Made by a program: the position numbers and the translations under genes
Assembly: GCF_020745735.1 (NCBI RefSeq)
Contig: NC_083415.1
Span: 9,999,731-10,063,730, forward strand
Length of the DNA stretch: 64,000 nucleotides
DNA from: Hemiscyllium ocellatum
Taxonomy: Eukaryota
Direction of reading: 5' to 3'
Notes under the pieces: model-generated
Told to the model about the DNA's origin: nothing
Databases searched by the model: none
Seen by the model: the letters and a program-made list of their open reading frames with translations, nothing else
Part shown: in pieces, positions 28,737-40,956 of the stretch
How positions within the stretch are numbered: position 1 is the first letter of the stretch
How the letters are laid out: each line of letters begins with the position of its first letter

Positions 28737-28815
28737 AGTTGCCCGAAACGTCGAATTTCCTGTTCCTTGGATGCTGCCTGACCTGCTGCGCTTTAACCAG
28801 CAACACATTTTCAGC
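28737..28815 (+). mobile_element. 79-bp Penelope pLTR insertion with 15-bp TSD inside a CR1 3' end
   Basis: TSD tccaaccagtacatg at 28722-28736 and 28816-28830; contains gcccGAAAcgTCgaat. Confidence 0.8.
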
Positions 28816-29329
28816 TCCAACCAGTACATGCTGACCATAATCCCAAACTAAACTAGTCCCACCTTCCTGTGCTTGGCCCGTATCCCTCCAAACATTTATT
28901 ATTCATGTACCTACATCGTTGTCTTTTAAGCATTGTAACTACCCACATCTACCACATCATCTGGAGCTTCATTCCACATATGAACCAGTCTGTGCAAAAT
29001 AAAAAAAAAATACCCCTCCTGTCTTATTTAAACCTTTAGCCACTCACTTAAAAATATGGCCCCTTGTTTTGAAATCCCTTCCTCAACTTCTCTATTTTCA
29101 TTTTTGGAAATGGATTATCAAAATATTCATTGCAAGTCCACTGGTACTAGCAACTATTTTGAATATACTTCCTCTTACCATAACCAGTGCTTGATATGTC
29201 TTTCATTATTCTTAATCAAGGTATTATCTCTCCCCACCAAAGTTGACAGGATCCTTAGCCATGTTCAATCTATTTCTTGCACTTTCAACTTTCCCTTTCC
29301 TTCCAAGAACTGATAGGAATCCCCAGTCA

Positions 29330-30100
29330 AAATCGAAAGAACTGCAGATGCTGTAAATTAGAGACAAAAATAGAAATTGCTGGAAAAGCTCAGCAGATCT
29401 GGTAGCATCTGTGGAGAGAATCAAGAGTTAATATCTTGGGTCAAGTGACCCTTCCTCAGAACTGAATAAGCTCTGGCAGCATTTGTGTAGAGAAATCAGA
29501 ATTTATTCAATTCTAAGGAAGGGCCACTCGATCCAAAACGTTAACTCTTGATTCTCTCCACAGATGCTGCCAGAGCTGCTGAGCATTTCTAGCAATTTCT
29601 ATTTTTTGTCTCGGAATCAGCTTTCACCCACTAGTCTCTGCAATCAATGCATCATCCTTCATTTCCATTACCTCTATCGTAATGTCACCGCCAAACACAA
29701 AATGCACTCACTCCCCTTTCAACATTACAAAGGCACTGTTCCCTCTGCTGCCCTATAGTCCATTCTTCAAACAGCTCCAAAACATGACATTTTCATGCAG
29801 TACTGTTCCATGCAATTGTAGATTTAATACTTGCTCTTTTGCCTTCCACCTTTCACTATTGTAAAATCTCTCTTCAGTTATTACTGTACTGAATGCTCAC
29901 AATGTGGTTTGCTCTACAATCAAACAGACTAAGTGATTGCTTCAAGGAACACTTCTATTTGTCTACCATTTTAATTTTCCACCTTGTTCTTACTCTAACG
30001 TGCAACAGTGTAGTGAATTAATGCAAGTGTGAAGAACAGCATCAAATTTTTAAATAGCACTTTACTATGTTGGACTCAACTTCAAGTTTAATAATTCTAG
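29330..30100. mobile_element. Penelope-derived fold-back repeat (29330-29612) plus decayed Penelope body
   Basis: Inverted gaaattgctggaaaagctcagcagatctgg / ccagagctgctgagcatttctagcaatttc; hammerhead-like cores on both strands. Confidence 0.65.
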
Positions 30101-30246
30101 ACAAAAAGCTCTGGCCTTTTTAATTCATTTCATTTGTATATTTTGTTTTTAATCTTCTTTCCACTTTTGGACGATAGGATGGCAGAAAGATGAACAAACT
30201 ATCTCCTCTAGTCACTGCTTCTGCTTTTATGGTTCACCCATTATCA

Positions 30247-30428
30247 GAGCTGAAAATGTGTTGCTGGAAAAATGCAGCAGGTCAGGCAGCATCCAAAGAG
30301 CAGGAGAATAGGTGTTTCGGGCATGAGCCCTCCTCCTACTCTTTGGATGCTGCCTGACCTGCTGCGCTTTTCCAGCAACACATTTTCAGTTCTAATCTCC
30401 AGCATCTGCAGTCCTCACTTTCTCCTTG
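30247..30428 (+). mobile_element. Mini Penelope-derived fold-back insertion with 11-bp TSD
   Basis: TSD acccattatca at 30236-30246 and 30429-30439; about 50-bp inverted arms. Confidence 0.85.
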
Positions 30429-31119
30429 ACCCATTATCATTCAGAGTATTCACTCTGCCCCACCATCTCTTTTGTCGTTTAATGTGCCCTGCCATCCATT
30501 CTATTACAGGGATTCCCTATTGTACTTTTACCATATCCCAATTTTTTTTTGTTTCATATCTAGTATGGTTCTAACTTCCCACAGCTGAAAGCCCTAGCTG
30601 TTTTACTACAAATGCTGCCTGAATTTTCTCTGGGAGATTACAGTGCACAACTGGCTACTGCGTCTTCCACATTACCGCAGTTCAGAAAGTATTTCATTGT
30701 AATGCACAGAAATTGATACTGAGATTGTGAACAGCGTAAATTAAATTCTATTTTTGGATACGGTTATGCCATTGATAATAATTAAGATTTTGGATAATCG
30801 GATATTTTGGGTGTATATTGGGGAGGACAATTGGAATTGTGGGTTATTTCAGATCCCATAGATTAGAAACAAGTCATCCTACAGAAGGGACTGACTCAGA
30901 CCAATGATTAAGATTGAGGCTTAGGTTTAGAGACGTAGTCAAAACCCCACTTTTAAAGTGATTGATAACAAACAATTAAACAAAGTGAAACATCAAAGAT
31001 ATGTAGCATTCCCCCAAACATCACAAAACATTTTCATCCTCCCTGAAGGTGACTGAACCTGCAATCCTCCGAAGTTCTTCATCCTTGAATGCGAGGTAAC
31101 AGACTAAACGTTGGAAAAG

Positions 31120-31504
31120 TGAACATGCGCCAGTCAGCACAAGCGCAGATGATGATTTTTGGAGCGTGCATGCGCAGACGGTGATATTGGAGCGCGCGGT
31201 TGGCTTGGCGCAAGCGCAGACGATGAGATTGGTGCGCGCGGGTGGCTTGGCGCAAGCGCAGACGGTGAGATTGGTGCGCGCGGGTGGCTTGGCGCAAACG
31301 CAGACGGTGATATTGGTGCGCGCGGGTGGCCTGGCGCAAGCGCAGACGGTGAGATTGGTGCGCGCGGGTGAGTTGGCGCAAGCGCAGACGGTGATATTGG
31401 TGCGCGCGGGTGGCTTGGCGCAAGTGCAGACGGTGAGATTGGTGCGCGCGGGTGAGTTGGCGCAAGCGCAGACTGTGGAAAAGGCGAGGTGCGGGCAGGT
31501 GAGA
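31120..31504 (+). promoter_or_regulatory. Putative CpG-island promoter and non-coding first exon of the NUDT19-like gene
   Basis: NRF1-like GCGCANGCGC, ATTGG (CCAAT) and a GC-box-like motif in every unit; strong donor CAG|GTGAGA at 31499; free acceptor at 39726 just before the NUDT19 ATG. Confidence 0.6.
31166..31473 (+). repeat. 42-bp CpG-rich minisatellite, 7 full copies plus a partial one
   Basis: Unit gcgcaagcgcagacggtga(g/t)attggtgcgcgcgggtggcttg starting at 31166, 31208, 31250, 31292, 31334, 31376, 31418 and (partial) 31460. Confidence 0.97.
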
Positions 31505-31542
31505 GACGATAGTTGTAGATATGAGTTGATGCTTTTAGCAGA

Positions 31543-32200
31543 TAGGAACATAAGAACTAGGAGCAGGACTAGGAGTACGCCACCTGGTCCCTTGAGCCTG
31601 CCTCGCCATTTAATAAAGTCATGGTTGATCTTTTTGTGGACTCGGCTCCATTTACCTGGCTCTCACCATATCTCTTAATTCCTTTATTCAAAAAAATCTA
31701 TCTTAGCTTTAAAAACGTCAACTTCTTCACTGAGCAGGGAATTCCATAGGGAAGTTCCTTCTCAATTTAGTCTAAATCTGCTCCCTTTAATCTTGAGGCT
31801 ATGCCCTCTTGTCTGAGTTTCACCTGCCAGTGAAAACATTCTATTTTTATCTTATCTATTCCCTTCATAATATTATATGTTTCTATAAGATCATCCTTCA
31901 TTCTTCTGAATTCCAATGAATATAACTCCAGTCCACTCAGCGTCTCCTTAAAAGCCAACCCCCTCAACCCTGGAATCAACATAGTGAACCTTCTCTAGTG
32001 CTAGTACATCCTTTCTCAAATAAGGAGATCCCAAACTGCATACAGTACTCCAAATGTGGCCTCACCAGCATCTTGTACAGCTGCAACATAATCTCCCTGC
32101 TTTTAAACTCAATCCATTTAGCAATGAAGGACAAAATTCCATTTGCCCTACTAATTACTTGTAGTACCTGTAGACTAACTCTCTGTGATTCTTTATGAAA
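31543..32200 (-). mobile_element. CR1 3' fragment
   Basis: Peptide MLIPGLRGLAFKETLSGLELYSLEFRRMKDDLIETYNIMKG. Confidence 0.8.
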
Positions 32201-32799
32201 TATGGTCTAAATAAACTGGTTTCGTCATGCCAAGCATAATTAATTTGTTTTTTTTAAACCTATTCCAGCATTTTTGTCATATGCTGCACCCATCAGTATT
32301 TGCTATATCAAATTCTTGAAGCGCCCACTACTGAAAACCTTCCAGTTAAATACTTGTTTGACAACAAATACCTATACTGTGTGTCTAGAAATTTCTCTAA
32401 TTAAAAATTGGGATAACTAAAGCTATTGTTTTTGGCCCCTGCCACAAAATCCGTTCCCAGGCAACTAACCCCCACTCCCTCTCCCTGAAAATTCTGAGGC
32501 TCATCCAAGCCATTTTAGATTTAGTATTTTTACCTCAAATTGTTGTTGGAAGCTGAAAGGTTTATTTGGCCATTGGAAGAGTGAACCTGGTTCTGTGGTC
32601 CATTCCGAGAAGGTAGGCAAGTTTAGCTCAGATATCCATGTGTGATAAAGAACAAAGAAAATTTACAGCCCAGGAATAGGCCCTTCGGTCCTCCAAGCTT
32701 GAGCCTGTGATGTTATGGAGAAAACAGAGGCTTAACTCTTAGGTATGGGGCTGATTAATACATATTCTTAGATGCAGAGGATTTAGAAAAAAAACGAGG

Positions 32800-33850
32800 A
32801 AGGGAAAAAAAGAGAGGGGAAGGTAGTGGTAATAAGAAAACTGTTAGAATGCTGGAGAGAGAGGATATGCCTGAGAACCCCAAGACAAATTTATTTGGGT
32901 AGAGCTAAGAAATAGATATACCCTAATATTTTTCAATGTATTCTATAAGCTGCCAACTGTGGAAAAGATGTAGATGAACAGATATGCAAGAATATTACAG
33001 AGAAGTGCAAGATTTAGTCAGTCATTAAAATAGGGGATTTTAATTATCCTAAAGTAGACTGGATAGTAATAATGTAAGGATAGGAATGAACAAGAGATTA
33101 TAGTGCCTGATCAGGAGAATTTTCTACATCTGTATGTTTGCAACTTAAGAATAAAGTAAGCAATCCTCGACTGTTCCTTGGAAATGAGGTACACCAATTA
33201 GATAAAGTGTCACAAGGAGATAATTTAGGAGACAGTGATCATTGTATCATGAGGCTGCAGAAAAGGACAAGGAGCAATCCAGAGTAAGAATAAATGGGGA
33301 AGGTCAGTATGGGAGGGGATGGATTTGGCCTAGATAAGATTTACAGTCAAAGTAATAACTCTATTTTTAAAAAAAGACCATTCAGATATAGTAAAGGTAT
33401 ATTCCCAAAAGGGGAGAAGGAAGAAAAAACAAACCCAAAGCTCAGTGAATGATGAAAGAGAAAGTAAGATGAAACAAAAAGAGGCTCTAATACACTAGAT
33501 GGCAGTTGGATAATATATTGAGATTCAAGTTTGATATATATGGTTCAGAGGGAAATTTAAAAACAAGAGCAGCAAAGAGAGTGTATGAAGAGATTGGCAG
33601 CTAACATAACACAGAATCCAAACTCGTCTGTAGACATATAAATTGTAAAAGGGTGGTAAAAATGGGAGTAGGGCTGATTATGAACTAAGAGGATTTATGC
33701 ATCAATACAGAGAGCTTAGCTGAAGTACTTAGTGAGTACTTTGCAAATATTTTTATCAAAAAAGATGTGTCTTAAGTTATGGTGAAACAGGAAATAGTAG
33801 GGAGACTTGATGAATTCAAAATTGATGAAGAGGAGATGATAGTAAGGCTG
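32800..33850 (+). mobile_element. Highly decayed CR1 ORF2 (endonuclease to linker)
   Basis: gggtagagctaagaaa, ggggattttaattatcc, gacagtgatcat motifs collinear with 17490-18400. Confidence 0.65.
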
Positions 33851-35389
33851 TGCAAACCGAACCAAGGAAAAACTTTCCCAAGAGATTTGATTTCAGTTCT
33901 GGTGTGCAGTTTCCCAGGAGGCTAGCCAAATGATCCTGGAACAAGAGAGAAGAAGCTGCCATTGCAGATGCTTCCACGCAGTACACTGTGTGGTTGATTA
34001 ATAAAATAAATTAATAAAACAACACCAAAATGAGGTTTCAATGCCTATCATTCTCTGTCGATCCCAAATACATTGTCTCTTCCTCCTCATGGTAATCCAT
34101 AACCCTGTGCATCTCATTTTATCCTTCTACGCCTCCCTATGCCAACTTATTCCCTCAATGTCACCTTGTGTTCCTGTACCCTCCCTCATAGCCCAACAAA
34201 TCCTTCAGGTCACTGAATGCTCTGTACTTAACCCCCACAACATTACTGCCAACTTATGCCCCTGTACCCACCCCATGCTAACATATGCACCTTTACCATC
34301 CCCGCATTCTTCCATTTCGTAGATGCCAACCAATCTGTCCATTCATCCCCATAGCACTTTATTTTCCTTATCACAGCTTAGTGCTAACATGCCAACCCAT
34401 TTGTACCACTCTCTATGGCCAAACATTAGGAACTATGCTGACATAAAATAAAATTGTGCCTGTAGATAACATCACTGTTTGAAATCAAAACTCTTGTTGA
34501 GTAAAAAAAACTCAATACATTGAAATTTCTTCAATAAATCTTTCATGAAAATAAATGTTTCACTCTTACTAAATTACTTAAGAAACAAACATTTGTATTT
34601 TACAACCACTTGTCAATCAGACTATTCACTTAATGAACATCCAACTGTGAAATTAGTCATGAAGCACTAATCCTATACTTGCAACTGTTGGGCTATGTCA
34701 TCAGATAAAGGGAAAGCATCAATTTTTTAAAAAAACTATAGACTTTTCATTAACTGTAAAGCTCAGGAGTTAAATAACTTGACAGTTCTTTTGGGATTAT
34801 GCACCCTTAGGCATATTCATCTACAATTTTAACAGTCCCAAAAGGGTACCTGCTCCACTCTGATCTGTGCAGTACCCAAAAGATACCTGACCCCTCTCGA
34901 AAGTACCTGCTATTCCTTGACCCTAACAGTATTTGCGACCATATCCAAAGGTGCATCCTGGTTATTCAAACAAATCCACAAACTTCAGAGCAACTCTTTA
35001 ACAGATGTGAACATACCAAATTCCATGCTACTGGAATATCAAAACTCCATTTCAGTAGAGATAGCCGATGATTTAAATGGCCAGTGTCTCCTTAAAATTT
35101 GCCATACGTCAAATCAGATTTGACCCAAGTTGGATCCTGCAAAAATGGGAGTGCAGTGTTTGGTGATGGGACTTGCAATTGCAGGCCATCTCTGCTGTTT
35201 ATTGTGGTGAAAATCTTGCCCTGATTCTTCATAATTTAAGATCTCACAGAATTACTAATTCACCTTGTGCTTGCTGTTTCCTACCTTCAGCTCACCTCTC
35301 CCAATTCATTGCCTCCTCTGACATTTTGCCAATTCTCCCACATGCCATTTCCCTTTATATAGTTTGTGCGCAGAAATGATTAAAGAGGA

Positions 35390-35910
35390 TGGGGCAGTTT
35401 GGCCTCAGCTGGAGTATTCTGTCCAGTCTGGATCTCACACTTTCGAAAGAAAGTGAAGGCATTAGTTTGCAGAAAAATATCATGGAATTGTTCTAACTTC
35501 AATTATGTAGCTAGATTGGAGAAGCTGTGATTATTCTTGGAGAAGAGAAAATTGAGAGGAGATTGAATGGAGATGTTCAAGATGAAAAGTGGTTTGGACA
35601 AGTAGATATGGAGAAATTGTTCCCATTGGATGGATGGAGAAACAGTGATTGGCAAAAAAAAGGAACAACAATGTGATGAATATCTTTACAGTGAATCATT
35701 CGGATCTGGAATGCACCTGAGATTGTGATGAGGACCGATTCAATTGTGGCCTTCCAAAGAAATTAGGATCATTATCTGAAAAGGGAAAATTTGCAGGACT
35801 AAAGGAAACAGATCAGGCGAATTGCAATAGGTGCATTATTCTTCCAGAGAACTGGTGCAAATCCAGCCAGCCTAATGGCATCCTGTAACAATTCAATTAG
35901 TCTATGAATT
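35390..35910 (+). mobile_element. Decayed CR1 3' fragment
   Basis: cctcagctggagtattctgtccag..gagaagagaaaattgagaggagat. Confidence 0.6.
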
Positions 35911-36439
35911 CTGCATAGACCCTGCATCAATTCATCTACTCCAGAAACCTGCACTTGAGTCTTTGTTACCTTCGGCCTTGGCTCTTTTCCCACATTCCTG
36001 TCCTCCGTATCCTCCCCACTGTAAATTAGAAATAATCCAAAAATCTGCTGCTTGAGTCCTAACTCCTGCCAAATCCCATTCACCCACAGAGCTGTGCTGC
36101 TCATGTATAATGGCTCCAGGTGAAGTAAATCTTAAGTTTAAAGTTCTCATCCTTGTTTTCAAATTTTTTCATAGCTTCATGTCTCCCTGTTTTTGTAATT
36201 TTATTTTGACATATCTAATTCTGACCACTTGAACACCCCCTTAACTCCATCATTTCTGGCTGTACTTTTAGTTTCCTGGGAGATCTGGAAATCTCTTCCT
36301 TCCATGAAGCTCCACTTAACTTCTTTTCAGTTAGCTACCTCTTTGATCAAGCTTTGAGCGATCTGACCTATTGACTTGGTGTCTCATTTTGCTTTATAAT
36401 GCTCATGTGAGATAACTTAGGGTATTTGTTTTCATTTAT

Positions 36440-36690
36440 TCTTTCATAGGATCTGGCAAATCCAGCATTTGTTGCCCTTTCCTAATTGCCCTTGAAGTGA
36501 GTGCCTGGCTATTCCAGAAAGCAGTTGACTGGAGTCACAAGTTGGCCAGACAAGGTAGGTCAATGGATTTCCTTCTCCATAGAGAAGCAGTGAACTAGAT
36601 GGGATTTTTTTCAATAATTTCATGGTGACCACTATAGGGACTAGCTTTTGAAGTCCAGATAAGATTGATTGAATTTAAATTTCATCAGCA
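36440..36690 (-). mobile_element. SINE remnant (MetaSINE-like)
   Basis: cagcatttgttgcccttcctaattgcccttg..ctggagtcac..ggatttccttc..agtgaactagatggg. Confidence 0.45.
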
Positions 36691-37590
36691 TTAGCTACTG
36701 TATGTTACTGAACAATTTGTTATTATAACCTTGTCATCAATTTAATTATACTGGCATTAGTTCAATGTCCTCAGTTCATGGCAGACTCTGCTGTCCACAT
36801 CCAGTCCCAATAGAAATCCTGTGCATGCAGCTTTGCTAACCTACATTGGCTTCTGATGCCTCAACATCTAAAATTAAAAATTATCTTATTCAATTGCCTT
36901 GAACTCCCCTATCTCATTAACTCCTCTAATGCTACAACCTGCACCACACTATTGTACACCTTTACCAATCCCATCACCTGTGATTAATGGTTGTGTTTTC
37001 AGCCGTGGGATTGATTCTGCTGCTTGAGGAATCTAAAACACAGGGACACAGCCTAAGGGTAAGGAAGTGTTGATTATTTAAGATAGCGATGATGCGAAAA
37101 TACTTCACTCACAATTCTCTACTCCAGAGGATTGTGGATTCGTAATTTTTTATTAGATTTAAGGCTGGAACAGGCAGATTGTTTTCTCTCAGGGAGGCAT
37201 TGGAGTTAGAAAGTAGTTTGAGAAAGTTGAGAACAAGTCCAAAGTCATCAATGATCATACTGAATGGCAGCACAGACTTGATGGGTCATATTTGTCTGCT
37301 CCAGCTCCTGTTTATTGTATTTTTGGATGAATTTTGAAGCAGACATTGAACCCAGATTCCTGGTATCTTATCAGGCAAGATTTATTTGCAGATGTTCTGC
37401 CAAAGCTCCATCCCATCAGGTAAAGAAAATACTGGAAATAATATTTAGGAAGAGAGAAACAGGGTTGATATGTATCCTGATGACATGTCATCAGAAAGTT
37501 TTATATATATGAAATTTTAACTCAAATTGCTCACAGACAGCAACTGGAAAGTAGTGGTAGTGCAACTGAGTACCTCTGAAAAGGTTCTTG

Positions 37591-37992
37591 TTAGCTGAAA
37601 ATGTGTTGCTGGAAAAGTGCAGCAGGTCAGGCAGCATCCAAGGAGCAGGGGAATCGACATTTCGAGCATGAGGCCTTCTTCAGGAATGAGGAAATTGTGT
37701 CCAGCAGGCTAAGATAAAAGGTAGGGGGGAGGGGCGTTGGAAATGTGATAGATGGAAGGAGGAAGGAGGTACCTCCTTCCACCTATAGCACTTCCAACGC
37801 CCCTCCTCCAAGTCCCTCCTCCCTACCTTTTATCTTAGCCTGCTGGACACACTGTCCTCATTCCTGAAGAAGGCCTCATGTCCAAAACGTCGATTCTCTT
37901 GCTCCTTGGATGCTGCCTGATCTGCTGCGCTTTTCCAGCAACACATTTTCAGTTCTGATCTCCAGCATCTGCAGTCCTCATTTTCTCCTCAG
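37591..37992. mobile_element. Penelope-derived palindrome with about 180-bp arms and two opposed hammerhead-like motifs
   Basis: Centre ggaaggaggt|acctccttcc at 37770/37771; TSD aggttcttg at 37582-37590 and 37993-38001. Confidence 0.9.
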
Positions 37993-39731
37993 AGGTTCTT
38001 GATAGGCAGGGATGGGTAACTAAACCAAGTCTAGGGCAAGGAAGACCAAGGCTCCATCCTGAGACCATTTGCATTTTCTTTTCTGTTTTTTTTTAAATTA
38101 AAGACAAAGAGCTCAGTTTTCCAAGATTAAAATTCTCTACACTTTAACTGATAGTTTCACAGCTTGTGAGCAACAATTGTCAGTTTTTGATCGCTTAGAG
38201 ATATAGACACCAGATCAGGAAGCATAACAAAAGCTGACAGATTTAAAAAGCTATGGCAATAAGACCTGTAAATGCTGCCCTCTTCAGCCCACAACTAAAC
38301 CAATATTAATTATTTATAAACTTACCTGACTAGGTTTCTACTTTTTAACAGATTAATCCTCAGCAAAACTCGGTTACTCAGACTACTGACTAATACTGCA
38401 TCAAAAAATGAGACAAGATATGGTCATGGAGAAAATGAAGCAGGATTGTACAAACTATTTTACTACACTTGTTTTAACTGCTGCATTGCCTGGTTTCACT
38501 AATCGGAGTTAACACATGAGCGACAAAAGATTCATGGCACGTAAACATGTCATCTCTAGGTTGGGATTGTACATAGGTGAGATATTGGAACTCTTGATGA
38601 TTTTTCATTTTTTAAAATTGTTTTTGATTTGGAACAATGAGTTGACAGCTGAAGGTGACCTTTGCACTGTGAGCATCAGCATTGTATTTTAAAAACAAAT
38701 AAACTTATATTAGTTTATAAACCCAAACCTAAAAGTTATTTGCAGGTTGTTACTTGTTCAAAGAATAGTCTAGACATTTCATTCCAGAGATGCATTCTGC
38801 CCAAACAGATATTGAATGTTAACTGCAGAGAGGGCTAACCAATCTAACAAAGGGAAACCAAAGCTTGAATTGTTCTTGAATTGTGTGTTTCAGAGGATTG
38901 TGTTAGCCAAACATATGGGAGAGAGTTTGCTTGCTCCCTGGTTATCCTTTCAATATACTGAAAGTTCAGAGAATAGTATCCCAGATATGAATATTAAGTA
39001 AATATTCCTTGGAGACCATGGGAAACTATTTGTATGCACGGGTGACTTTGTAAACTAAGCAAGATACAGTTCCATGTACCTGTTATGTTATGGATCATAC
39101 AGTCTGCTTATCCAAACTGTCCAGTTACATATTATTTAATTTTTCTTTTGATTTATCCCTTAACTGTATCTCTTTGTCTATCTTTGTGTGACTGGGGCTA
39201 GAATAAAAGAAGATTGGGTTTCAATCATAGATAATAATTAGATTATCTTGTTGTTTAACTTTCAACTGGAAAGAATGTTTAATCTTTTGTTTAGCCTGAG
39301 TGCTTCATGTCTGATATTAGCTACTCATGAAGTCTGGTTCTGGTTGTTCAAAACATCTGGTTAGGAACAATTGGTGTCAATTTTGATGGTCATTGAAGGT
39401 TTTCATTTTATTGCATTGTAAATACAGGGATAAGGAGGCTGATTTGATTTGGCTGCTGTCTTTGTGTGGAATTACTATTGCTGAAGATTAAAATGTTGAA
39501 TGAAAAACCTTTGGTAGGGCTAATGGGTTCCCACTTACAATGTCTACTCTCTATGTTTCCAAATTTGGTGTATTTGCAAGGTCTTAAGCACTAGATTGCT
39601 AGTTCAAGAAGAGGGTAAAAGGTTTACTAATTTGAGCAAGAGGACAGTGGTGTCGCTGATGAACTGTAAAAGCTCTACAGTTCCAGCAATAACTATTAAG
39701 GTAATAAATTGTCCTTTTTTTTGCAGCGAAG

Positions 39732-40919
39732 ATGAATCGAGACTTGAAGTATTGGAAGGAAGCAGCTACTGTCATCTTGGCTTCAGGTGTACGAAATTGC
39801 TTTGGGAATAAAGATTCCACCAGCACACAGGCTAGTTGGCCTCCACGTTCGGTACTTAAACAAGAGAGAAATGTAATTCACTCATGGTTGGAGAAGCCTG
39901 TCTTTGATTATGCTGTACTTATGTTACAGCGGAGTGCAAAAAGCAGTTTCTTGCCTCATGCTCAGGTATTTCCTGGAGGTACGATCAGTCCGTCTGATTT
40001 TTCCAGTGAGTGGATTCAGATGTTTCAGTCCTTTTGCAAGCCACCTAACTTTAAACTTGGTACAGTCAAACAAACCTCCAAAAGACCTCCAATTTTTGCG
40101 ACGGACAGGAGAAAGCTAGGATCTGAAATCCCTGGAGAGGTGGCTTTTCGCATTTGTGCTGTTAGAGAAACCTTTGAAGAATCAGGGATTCTACTTGTGA
40201 AGCCAAATACCCCTGAAACATGTTCGAGCAGCCAAGGAGCCATAAAACTCACACAGTACGACCAAAAGGAACTTGCAAATTGGAGGCTGCTTGTGCAGAA
40301 AAATGCAGCAAATTTTATAAAGCTTTGCAAAGAGCTGGACTGTATACCAAATATTTGGGCATTGAAGGAGTGGAGTAATTGGTTAACTCCCACTTACTTG
40401 GAGAGTAAGCGTTTTGATACTGCATTCTTCATCTGCTGTTTGCAAGAGATTCCTTTCACATTGCAAGATGGTTATGAAACTGTTTTCTACAACTGGATGT
40501 CCCCACCTGATTTTATTAAAGGCCACAATTCGGAGAAATTCTACATCCCTCCCCCGCAGTGGTATGAACTGAACAGACTCTGCCAAATACCCCATTACCA
40601 AGATCTGCAGCAGTTTAGCCAGCATCGGGCATTGGAAGGCTGTGAGCGATGGCTTCCAGTCCGTTTCCTTGCTTCTGATGGTTGTGCAATTTTGTACCCT
40701 GGGGATGAACTTTATCCAGAGGATCCTGATTACACAGGAGAAAAGAAGATGAACATCAGTTCCTCAAAAACTCTGGAACAATTGAGGTTAGAGGTTACCA
40801 AACTAAATCGCGCAGAGCTGAGAGGTCTGCATGGCATAACACTGTACGTGAATATTGAGCCCCCGTATAAACATATCAATCCACTAACTATGGGATCATG
40901 TCAAAACTGTCACCTGTAA
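39732..40919 (+). CDS. NUDT19: Acyl-CoA diphosphatase NUDT19-like (Nudix), 395 aa, single coding exon
   Basis: WKEAATVILA, FLPHAQVFPGG, Nudix box AFRICAVRETFEESGILL, WSNWLTP, RFDTAFF, PPPQWYE, PGDELY, PTS1-type CHL terminus; acceptor tttttttgcag at 39726. Confidence 0.93.
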   Translation: MNRDLKYWKEAATVILASGVRNCFGNKDSTSTQASWPPRSVLKQERNVIHSWLEKPVFDYAVLMLQRSAKSSFLPHAQVFPGGTISPSDFSSEWIQMFQSFCKPPNFKLGTVKQTSKRPPIFATDRRKLGSEIPGEVAFRICAVRETFEESGILLVKPNTPETCSSSQGAIKLTQYDQKELANWRLLVQKNAANFIKLCKELDCIPNIWALKEWSNWLTPTYLESKRFDTAFFICCLQEIPFTLQDGYETVFYNWMSPPDFIKGHNSEKFYIPPPQWYELNRLCQIPHYQDLQQFSQHRALEGCERWLPVRFLASDGCAILYPGDELYPEDPDYTGEKKMNISSSKTLEQLRLEVTKLNRAELRGLHGITLYVNIEPPYKHINPLTMGSCQNCHL

Positions 40920-40950
40920 ATTGTCTCTAATATAGAAAAAGTTATTTTGA

Positions 40951-40956
40951 AATAAA
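40951..40956 (+). terminator. Candidate polyadenylation signal of the NUDT19-like gene
   Basis: AATAAA about 30 nt after the stop, GT-rich sequence downstream. Confidence 0.5.

Noticed and set aside
31166-31473. CRISPR-like array
   Set aside because: Head-to-tail repeats with no unique spacers, no cas genes, eukaryotic context
31021-31678. Long repetitive ORFs on both strands (for example CACAKPPARTNLTV repeats)
   Set aside because: By-product of a stop-free 42-bp (14-codon) minisatellite open in several frames; no domain or supporting gene structure
39701-39726. Micro-intron (AAG|GTAATA..TTGCAG) before the NUDT19 ATG
   Set aside because: 26 nt is too short for a vertebrate spliceosomal intron; only the acceptor is credible
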